A stretch of 64,000 nt of DNA from NCBI RefSeq assembly GCF_021028975.2, contig NC_059430.1, positions 33,790,001 through 33,854,000 of the forward strand, read 5' to 3'. The notes under the pieces were generated by a model. It saw only the letters and a program-made list of their open reading frames with translations, was not told the origin of the DNA and searched no databases. Within the stretch, counting starts at the first letter, position 1. Each line of letters begins with the position of its first letter. A program made the position numbers and the translations under genes. The stretch comes from Sphaerodactylus townsendi (lineage: Eukaryota). Below, piece after piece: positions 1 to 9,200 of this stretch.

Positions 1-44
1 GCTCTACTCACGGGTGCTGCTAGATTGACAGGTGCACTACTACA
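1..44 (-). repeat. ERV 3' LTR (first 44 bp only)
   Basis: Aligns to 5' LTR 5743-5783 and follows the PPT. Confidence 0.85.
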
Positions 45-56
45 TCTTCCTCTTTT
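45..56 (-). promoter_or_regulatory. ERV polypurine tract
   Basis: AAAAGAGGAAGA immediately precedes the TG of the 3' LTR. Confidence 0.85.
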
Positions 57-99
57 ACATTTTAGAGAAGTTGGAGGGCGAAAAATGCTAAGAAGCATT

Positions 100-1670
100 T
101 AGGATGGACGCTTGTCTCCTCCGCCACGCTTTGGCTATCAAACTGGCTAAGCTGCTTGTGTAACACGATTAGAACTTAGGACTGCGGTAAGTGGGAAGTT
201 CGAGGGGTTTCTTACACCATGTTACAGGCAATATTAGACACTGCATTGAACGTAAAACAAGATCCGATAACAAGGCACACAATTAAACCGATACGAAGCA
301 TTCGTACAATAACATCTCAACCAACCTATCCCCGCAGCCAGCTCCAGGAGGGGCTTGGACCACCAATGGGTAAAACATGCATAATTTCAGATTAGGATAC
401 AACTTCTTTTGCAGCTCACGACTTTCATGTGAATCAACTGGGAATTATCAGAAAGATTAAAACAACACATGTATTATGTACATTCTCACAACCTTAGTGA
501 GTGCAGCAAACAACAAGTAACTCAATAGCGACACGATTAGTTCAGGGTGAAGCTTGACGAAGTTCCTGCTGCTCGGAGCCCAGAGCATCCAGAGCGGTGG
601 AGGTAGAGTTGATGGACTTCTCGCGAAGAAGGGCACAAGGCCAGCACGGCCAATGGTCTTAGCATTGTAGGAAGCCGAGTCCGGGGACTCCCCACTAGGA
701 AGCCATTGTGAGGCGAACTAACCCCGCTTGGAGAGAGGCTGCACCGGGCCGCTCGGCTGGTGAGAACCGAAAAGCAGCAGAGCCCGGAGGCGGCGGCGAT
801 CCAGACTCCAGGGAGTGGAGCCTGGGGCAGGGTGATGGGCAGGCCACTGGGGGCTGTAAAGAGTTCCGGCAGAGAGTCGGGTGGGAATGTAATTAAACGT
901 TCTCTCCCACTTGGGTCCAAGAACCAGCCCCTGGGAGCAGGGATGTTTCAGGCCACAGGGGAATGTCCCTCCATGTAATTGCAGTTCCAATAGCCTTGGC
1001 GAGCAGCCGATTTAATGGAGCCCGGGTGGTTTCCCCGCTTATGGCCTGCGCCCGGTGATGCGGCGCAGGTGTTGGAGTCGTGGGTTAGCTGGACAGTCTT
1101 GGTAGCGAGGGAGAGAGCATGCCAGCCGAGGGTTTGGGCAGACGGGTTTAATTAAAGGCTCATAGAGTACCTGATAGATGAGGCATTCATGGGGGCTTAA
1201 GCCCGAGACTCCAGCTAGGAAGTCTCCAGGCTTTTACAGGCGAGGGAGTGAGCAGGAGCTAGCAGACTCCCGACTCCTGCAGGTACTGGCTCCAGTGGCA
1301 GAAAGATGAGAGGCGTTGGCAGCGCAGCAAACCCTGCTCCCAGATGTTGGTCTCGGTGAAAGCTTCGTCAGGGGTGGCCGATGCGCCATGACGGGAGGCA
1401 ACAGAGCAGGCAAGGATGGTGGCATGAGTTGGTGAAGCAGTGATGTCCGCAAAGAGAGCTGCACAGAGGGTCTCGGGTGTCTCGGGGTGGTCCTGCTGGC
1501 GCCCAGCAGCTGCCTAGGAGGCTTGGCTGGTGGTGAGGTGCCAGCGTCTCAGGTCATCTGGTCTTCGGCGTTGGCGGCAAGCGTTCCTCTGTTGAGACCG
1601 CTGGGGCGGGATCCTTTGAAGAAGATGCTCCATCTCCGGGATGGGATTGTGAGTTTCCTCCTGGCGCCAT
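100..1670 (-). pseudogene. env: ERV env: beta-type leader plus alpharetrovirus-type SU/TM, frameshifted
   Basis: Leader PETPETLCAALFA. SU start NIWEQFA.LANASHFCL and SU end W..G.RTFNYIP. Furin-like RRRLR at about 785-800. TM KTIGRLAC...KSINSTS...NRVAIDYLL..H.GCE...[10 protein letters not shown], then a hydrophobic anchor at about 245-330. Confidence 0.85.
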
Positions 1671-2620
1671 CTCCAGCAGGTTGGGTCCTGTCATGTGTGG
1701 AGCTCCCAGGTCCACAGGGACCTGTAGGAAGAGGGACTGAAAGCCACACCCCCTTCCCAGGTTGGGGGGGCCGAATCCCTTGCCAGGCTCAGTCTCCCAG
1801 GGCTAGGATGGCGGGAGAAGTTTTTTGAATTTAATATAAGAAGAAGGAAGAAGGCTTGTTTTGCAGCCTGTGAAGGTTGCTTTTAATGGCAATGAAATCC
1901 TCCTGGGGCATACTTCTACTTTCTTCTGGTTGCTCTTGACAGGGAGGGCAGGTGAAAGGCTGACCCTGGTGGGGAGTAGCTTCAGAGCGTCATCAGAGGT
2001 GCGTCCAAGGCTGGAGAGTCCAGAGCCTCGAGGGGGAGGGAGCAGGCCGAGTCCCTGGGGGGGATTGTGGGTATGCATGCTTAATCAGCAACACAAAGAG
2101 GGCTTTGGGAGCACCTTTTGGGGGGATAGGTGCATCCGAGGGAGTGAAGCAATAATCTTCAGGCAATTAGAGGCAAATTCTAGCACACACAGGAGAAGGA
2201 GGGGGGGTTCTTTGCAAAGGAGCTGGGTAACTTACCCGTGACCTTGGTGGCTAATGCAGGAAGCTGGATGGTGCTAAAAAATTTTGATGAATTAGTCTTG
2301 GGGAATTGCCGCCGCTTGAGACCGCGCTCATATAGAGGCGGTTTTATTGTAACCTGGCCTTAATGTGGTACTTGATAAAGTTGCCAGGCGCTTGCAGGCA
2401 TTAGTAACCTAAAATGGGTTTGGGTATTAGCGGCATAATGGCGGCAGCTCCCCTTGCAAGCTGGGGCCCTGTCCACAGCAGTGTCACAAATTATCAGGGC
2501 AGACCCCAGATTTTTAGCTCCAGGGAGGGCCAGTCCAGCCAGTGGCCCTCCGCCTCTACTGGTCGGAAAACAGAAGGAGAAGAAGAGGGAGAGGGAAACA
2601 GTTCCCTTACGGAAATTAGC
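1660..2620 (-). pseudogene. pol: ERV pol remnant: RT N-terminus joined to integrase core and C-terminus
   Basis: RT N-terminal W(L)D(Q)WPLP..KL.AL at about 2495-2545, directly followed by IN-like DT....A..GE..H, W..H..G..YN and ARFALNCL, then TWGRG.A.V.LPTGP at about 1715-1762. No YxDD motif found. Confidence 0.65.
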
Positions 2621-2639
2621 AAGTAGTCTTTGGAGAGAA

Positions 2640-3480
2640 CACGATTGGGATCAATGATCTGTGACGGCACACCCATCCCAGACCAGTGAGTCGTTTTGAC
2701 CACAACTCCATGAGGTCCCTTCTAGGGTTCCGGCTTGTGGATGTCTAAAGCGCATGAAGGCTGGACTAGCGAAGCTGCCGCTCGAGAGCCCTGGAGACTG
2801 TTGGACCGTGAGCGGGCGGATGCTCCGCCTCGCTGTGGTTTGTCTCCCCACCCCTGTAGATGCTGCGGGCAGAAGCCTCGGTCGGCCACTGGTGGAGCAC
2901 ACCTTTCGGCTACTCTAGGATGGCCCGGTAACATCAGCGCTTGGTGTCCACCAGGCCCCTTGGGCACCTTTACATCCCTTCTATGGCGAAGCTCCAGGTA
3001 TGGGCTGGGGAGCTCCCGGTAAGCGCTTTCCACTGCTCGCACGTGGTGGTGTGGGCTGCGCCATGTTGGCTACGCTGGGAGCTCGAATTGCCTTTATTAG
3101 ATTAGAGCAGCCCGGGTGGCAGCCATGGGGCAAGAAGAGAATCAGCTGATGCAGCAGCTGGCTCCAAACAGGCAACTCCCTGTGGGATGTTTGTCCAGAC
3201 CTGGGAGATGGATGGGTCCTTGAGAATTATGTGGAGTCGATCCACTCGGGGGCGATGAACAGAATCCCTGTTCAGCTGACAGGAGCCTTTGGCAGCACTA
3301 GTGAAGGTGTCCCGGTAGGGATGGGCTGCGTCATACTGGGTTGGGGCGAACCACAGAACCTCGCATTAGGGGAACTTAAAGGAGATGGGCTGGAGTGCAT
3401 CGCGGCGAGATGCCCACGCAGAGGGGAATTAGTTTTACTTGAGGGGCCTTGGCGTTTGGGTCTGTGCCCCAGTACTCTCC
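2640..3480 (-). pseudogene. pro: ERV dUTPase-protease (pro), frameshifted
   Basis: dUTPase-like LVLP...VIDS...GPI.LQVWTN...QLIL at about 3110-3340. Aspartic protease GLVDT(S/G)ADVT at about 2925-2957, flap TGVG and C-terminal LGRDL at about 2710. Confidence 0.75.
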
Positions 3481-3499
3481 TCACTTGGTCCTGGGCTGG

Positions 3500-5100
3500 G
3501 GAGGCAGCCCGAGGCGGGAGTTTCCCGGCCGGGCAGTTGTTTCTCAATGGAAGCCTTTCTGGCAACAGCGTGGGCACTGCGAGGGTTTTAGGTGGCCCCT
3601 CCTCACTCCTCAGGGGAGGACCCTCCCTCCATCAGGGGTTGTAGAAGCCCCCACCCGGGCTGCCTACACTTCCCGCCCGGAGAGAATGTCAGGTCTCACT
3701 GCAGAAAGGATTAAAGCAGTCATCCTAGAGACTGCCTCCCTTGGTGGAGAGTGCTTTCTGTGAGGGAGGCTAACTTGGTGGCCGGAGGATCCGATGTCCT
3801 GGCAAGCCTTAAAGCATATCGTGGCCAGTTCAGGGATTTTTTTTTTTTGCCCAGGGGCCCGTATTGATTGCTCACGGCACTCCAGTGAAGCGTTCTCTTT
3901 TAGAAGCATGAGTGAGCTTCGTTTTGGAGCCTCCTACTTTATCTACCTGCCTCTTGAGCTTCCTGGAGCCTGTCTCACAAATTAGGCATAGGGCTCTTGG
4001 GGGGTTTTGCCGGATGGAGGAAGAAACTCACAGTTTAGCTGGCCGGTCATTGGGGACTTTGGACAAATGCCTTATAAAAGCGCACTCAGAAATGCGACAG
4101 TGGCAAGGTGGCCTCAGGCAGGAACAATCTGATGGTTGGGATTGGCTTAAAAGCATGAAAACCGTAAAAGCTGGCAGTTGGCGTGATTGTAGCGCCCGCC
4201 AGAAGGTGGCTACTGTCTAATTGAAGCTTACTGCTATGGCAGAACTCACTTTCCCAGACCACAAATTGTGCAGGAGGCTCAGGGAGCATCACGTAAAGGT
4301 GGTCTTCCAGTCATCTGGGACCTGATTAGGTGGTTCCCTTGCGATGGCCTCCAGCATGCCTCTCCGCGTAGAGAGCCTAGTGAGCTCCCTACGTCCGCAT
4401 TGCTTTGCGGAACTCAGTAAGGATGTTATAGCTTAGAAGGCGGTGCACCGACAACCCGCCGGATGGCGCCACCCTCCCCCTCAGTATACTGTGAAGTGGG
4501 CCGGGGCACAATGCAAGAATCTACGGCATATAGTCTTCCGTCAGGGTTTCTTTTCTTCTGCAGATGCGTGACTAATACGTTCTGCGAGAGTTTTGAAACC
4601 AGCAGCCATTCTACTACCGATGGCTGAGCCCGGAGGTCTGAGTAGCCCGAGGAAAATGAGAAGTGAAAAGACAAAGGGAAGCTGAACCCATGGGGAGAGT
4701 TTGAAATGGAGTGAAGAAGGCTTGAGGGGCAGAGGAGGACCAGGCGTCAATTTAGTGGATATTAGAAAATTGGGGTTGAGAGTGAAGGTGAAAGATGTCG
4801 AAGGAGAGCCACACTACAGCTAAAGGGAGCCATAGGTCTGCAGGCTGATGGCGACAAAACATTGTCTCCACGTCAGTAGCAGACATCGGCGCGCGAGGCT
4901 CTGTGCGAAGAGTGCGCCCGATGTTTTCCCAGTCCTTAAGATTCAATGTCCCCCCCTCTGGGTACCATGGACACACAGACTTCAATCCTCCTCAACCAAT
5001 TTCGCAGCTCCTTCTCTGAGGGGACCCTGCAGCATTCCGTTAAACTTTCCAGTTAGATCAAGCGTGCTTGTCCCCTCAGCCCTGCTTTGCAAAGCTCCCC
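3500..5100 (-). pseudogene. gag: ERV gag, betaretrovirus-like, frameshifted
   Basis: MA motif CPWYPEGGTLNLKDWENIG (cf. HERV-K CPWFPEQGTLDLKDW). CA motifs LSYNILTEFRKAM, PDDW and AQFVVWESEF. MHR SIRQxPxEPYAxFVDRLQ (about 3960-4020), then ENAS..C and ACQDIGSSGHQ. Two degraded zinc knuckles (CFN..; CPRCQKGFH). Confidence 0.85.
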
Positions 5101-5282
5101 GCTACTCCTACCAGTGTTCCATTCGGGCCGAGAGAGTGTCCTGGGGCCGCGTGTCTCCTGGATCGCGCCCGATCCAGAGGACAGAAGCGATACAGCTGGT
5201 GGTCCCTGGATCGCCGATCCATGAGACCCGATATCATGACCCCTTCCCAAGTGACGGTGAGCAGAGGTGGAGGCCGAGGAGA

Positions 5283-5300
5283 TTCCGGGGTTTGGCACCA
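5283..5300 (-). promoter_or_regulatory. Primer binding site, tRNA-Phe-like
   Basis: TGGTGCCAAACCCCGGAA resembles the complement of the vertebrate tRNA-Phe 3' end (TGGTGCCGAAACCCGGGA). Confidence 0.75.
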
Positions 5301-5303
5301 GCT

Positions 5304-5783
5304 TGTGAGGTGAGCCGCGTGGTCAGTGCAAGAGCGAGGCAGAGAGCAGCGGAATGCTTTTATCTGGTGGGGAATCGCCAGCAGCCTCGGGAGACGGAGG
5401 TCCCGTGTTCTAGCGAATCTCCCGTCTGCAGTTCCTGGCACCTTTTATTGTTACTCTATCCCGAGGCTGATATAAGGGAGGGCTAGGGGAGTTCGGGAGA
5501 GCGGGAGGCCCAGAGAGTGAGAGATCATCTCTTGGTCTATAGTCTCTCATCCCTAGCTTCTGTCGGAGGAGAGGAGCATACGCGTCTGAGCCTAATCCTC
5601 ACCTGGGGGGGCAAGACCATTGTCCCTGCGCCCGGTGACTGAGCCAGACAGTTCATGACCCGTGACTCATGGGGGGGGGGGATGAGGTAGTGAAGTGCGT
5701 CACGACAGCAAAGGCCCACTTGGAGTCGTTAAGCGTCCCAACGTTCTACTACGGTGCTGCTGGGTCGGCAGTGCACTACTACA
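5304..5783 (-). repeat. ERV 5' LTR (480 bp, TG...CA)
   Basis: Minus strand begins TGTAGTAGTGCAC and ends CCTCACA, 3 nt before the PBS. TATA-like TTATAT at about 5470-5475 and AATAAA at 5444-5449. Confidence 0.88.
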
Positions 5784-6254
5784 GTATATGAATGTATATT
5801 TGTTATTTCTTTTTTACAAGAGGAATGCCAATGTTTGTTGTATTGATTAATACTGAAGGCTAGTAAGAATTAACAGATTTTTTTCTGGATTAAATAACAT
5901 AACAACTGGTGAAGTCAAACCTGAGTTTGGTTAAATAAGTTAAAAATTATAAATACGACAATCCCCAAATAGGGGATTATAATATGAATACCTTTTCTTT
6001 CCTTTTTGTAAGACATTGTGTAAAATTTTAACTGATATATATAGTGTATATTTTTTTCTTGTAACAGTGTAACTCCAATAAACATAATTTTTTTTAAAAA
6101 AAGAAGCATCAGCTTCAATGGAATTAACAGACTAGACCTTCAACATGCAGACATTCCAGAACTGAAAACGCCATCATTCTGGCACTGCTTGCCTTCTTTT
6201 AACCAGTTTAAAAAACTCTAACAAGAAACTGTAGCCTTTTGGTTCCACTTCTAC

Positions 6255-9200
6255 CTGGGAATGTTATTGTTCGAATCTTCGCTCTCATTTGCCAGTCCAC
6301 CAAACAAGTAACACTTGTTGCCATACAGAGAGAAGCTGTGGCCAAGGCGAGGGCAAGGCGGCAAGCCAGCTGATGGATTCTGGGGTTTCACTTTCTTCCA
6401 CAGCCATCGGCTTGCCTTGAAGACAGAACAGGAGCATGCTCAGAAAACTAAGTCAGCTTACAGGTATAAGAAACATCTGTACTTGGGAAAGTAATCACTT
6501 TTCACTTATTAAACTTCGAGTAAGTGGGGAAAAACAGTGAAAGGTATGTCTCGTGACAGTTTGGTGGGAAGCCCATGCGTATAACAAATGCATCTGAATC
6601 ATTTTTGTATGTGTATATTTTGAGTTTTGATAAGTTATTAATTGTAACTGAAAGCTACTGATTAACTGTCCAGAAACAGGACTGCTTCCCAGCACCAGTT
6701 GGCCTGTTCCACCCCTCTCCTTGTCACAAATGCCCACCCAGGGACACTGAAGCACCCTATAACCGATAGCCCCACCCTTGGCCTTTACCAGAAGAAGCAG
6801 GGACCTCCAGGAAGCCAGGAACTGGGAGAAACTACTGAGAAATGGCAGGAGGACCTGGGCAGCAAGAGCAAACCTTAGAAGTTCCAGGGAAAAGAGTGGA
6901 CATAGCACAGCCCTGGCCAAGTTGCAATCAGCAGCCTACTGCAGACTTAGAGAATGGGGCAAGGCCAGCACAGCCCCAACCAGGCTGCAATCAAGGAGGA
7001 GGGCCAGGAAAGCCGATGAACCAGTTCCAGGCCGGCAGGGCATGACACACAACCCTCCAGCCACTAGGAGGATGAAGCAGGAAGCTCCCAGGAGGGAGGT
7101 AACCTATTAAGAAAGATAAAAGGGACTCAGGGAAAGAAGGAGGGAGGTTAGTGTGATGCAGGGGCTCAATCTTGCAGGAGTGCTTTTAATTGCCTGAGGA
7201 AACTAAATAACTTAAGAACAGAAGCCAGACTTGTGTCTTGTTTGATCCAAAAGGGTAGCCAAGCTCCTATGAGGCCAAGGTGGCCTACACTGCAGGGTGG
7301 TTGACAGAGGGGGCACTCACATTTACTTCAATTGTAATCTTTATGTTTAATTAATAAAATAATCTTTTTTAAAAAAGAAACCTAAATCAGTTTACAAGTG
7401 ACACTTATCAACTTTGGATCATAAAAGAGCCCCATTTGGTAACTGTTACCAAATGGGGCTCTTTTGTGATCCAAAGTTGATCATTTAATCACCAGCAAAA
7501 TAGCTTTGTCTGGCAATAGCTACTTCTCAAACCTTGATAATGAGAGCTATTTGTGGTGTGTACCTGTACTGAATAGGCATCTTTAAGCACTGTGCTTTTT
7601 TTTTAAGTAGATGCAATACAGGTCCCTGCTTCAAACAGAACATAAAATACTCTCTCTAAAGTTAAACAAAATCTGCATCCTCCTCCCATCAGTTGTGGAA
7701 GTGATCCCATACCTGCAATTCATACAAGTCATTGCTATATCTTCCATATTCAACCATGCCTCCGAATACTAGTATCCTGGTACCATCACAGACAAATCCA
7801 TGGGCTGCACAGCCTGGCGGAATATCTCCTCTAACAGCAGGAAGAAACCACTGGTTGGTAGCTAAATGAAAACACAAAAAACAATCTTTTAAAGTGCACA
7901 GCTCTACACCAGGTTCTCCATGGCAGGATTTTAAACTGAGATGTTGAATAAAACACATACATACATTAAGGGAAGTACTCTAGTGCTATTATTACTAGTA
8001 AAATATCAAAAGATGGAAATACTGTCATGAGGACTCCTCACTTCAAACAATTACAACCCTCTTTAGTTATGTGTTTTAGGAAATTTATTATCAAATAAAC
8101 GTTTCTCCTTGGTTCATTTCTACAGGGCCTCACTGTTGAACATTCAATCCCTTGATTTACCAGCAAAGAGGACTGGAAGCTAAAATTAAAGTATCAGTCA
8201 TCACAGTGGCATTTTTTCTGCCAAGTCAAACAAAACAAGCGCATTAGGGGATGCATGGATATGGCATTAACTGGGGAGGGTTATGGGAATTCAAAGATCA
8301 CCTCATTTTTTCATGAAGTCTCTACACACCTCCCCTCTGCCTTGAAAGCATCTATAAATGGCAAGAACAGTGGGATACAAGAATCAAAGTAGAAAAACAC
8401 CACACATTTCTATTTCATCTTATTCCACTTTTCTATTTCATCTTATTCCACCCTGAAGAACAGCAACCCAAAAAAACCCCACAGTATAGAAAACTCCCAC
8501 ATATTTTTAGATGCACAACTTTTAATGCATCTTCTCCTTCAGACAACCTCCAGTATTCAGTCTTCTTTACCAAAGTCCCTATACTATATCTTCAGTGCTA
8601 TACCCTTTTCAACAAAAATAACTGTAACTTCATCTGCCACGAGCTGGACTGTCTTTGTTTTAGAATGCTCCGCTTGTTAGGTGGGCACAGCCCAGCACGT
8701 GGTGGATGAAGTTACAATTCTACTTACCGTTGTTCTTTTTGTTGAAAAAAGGTATACAAGCATCCACTTCATTTAAGGCCAATATAAACACGGCATCCTC
8801 ACCACACTCTCTTCACACTCTGATCCTCTTTGGAAACCCCCACCCAACACATACACTTTTTCCCATACCAACATGTTCCACTCTTGCAAGCACAAACCTT
8901 TGCCAAATACTAGAAAACAGTATACTGAAGTGTTACACAGACTGCATTAATAGCAATCTTCTCCTATTTGGTTCCCTCCCTAACCTAAACACTGCTGCCT
9001 GCTTGTCCACCTACCTATTACTTTGCCCCTGACTCTTACTGTCCTGGACAGTTACAAGGTAGAAGCAGTGAGGGCCTTTCTTCAATCCCCCCTGCATCAT
9101 CATAACACACACTTTAGAGAACACTATGCTCTGGTTGCTCAGTGGCCTACAACAGGTAGGACACGCAAGCATTTACACCCCTCATCTTCCTTGCTGTCCA

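Larger units (their letters stand above)
1..5783 (-). mobile_element. Endogenous retrovirus (class II, beta-like gag-dut-pro-(deleted pol) with alpha-type env); 3' LTR runs off the window
   Basis: Both LTRs start TGTAGTAGTGCAC (5783 and 44). PBS at 5283-5300 and PPT at 45-56. Gag MA/CA/MHR/NC, dUTPase, protease, IN and Env TM motifs occur in canonical order across frameshifts. Confidence 0.93.

Noticed and set aside
2559-2620. Polypyrimidine tract plus CAG as the env splice acceptor
   Set aside because: It lies in the Pro/Ser-rich start of pol. The acceptor at 1722, in the IN C-terminus, fits the usual env position, so 2559 is kept only as a possible cryptic site.
2655-2705. MGVPSQII as an integrase motif
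   Set aside because: It lies between the protease GRDL and the RT start; better IN motifs occur at 1700-2490.
537-5486. Many 60-210 aa ORFs on both strands in the first 5.5 kb (e.g. 4848-5486 +)
   Set aside because: They are antisense or out-of-frame readings of GC-rich frameshifted ERV sequence, with no independent protein signature.
8407-8451. Short tandem duplications (also about 18657-18712 and 47603-47637)
   Set aside because: Ordinary slippage duplications in introns or intergenic DNA.
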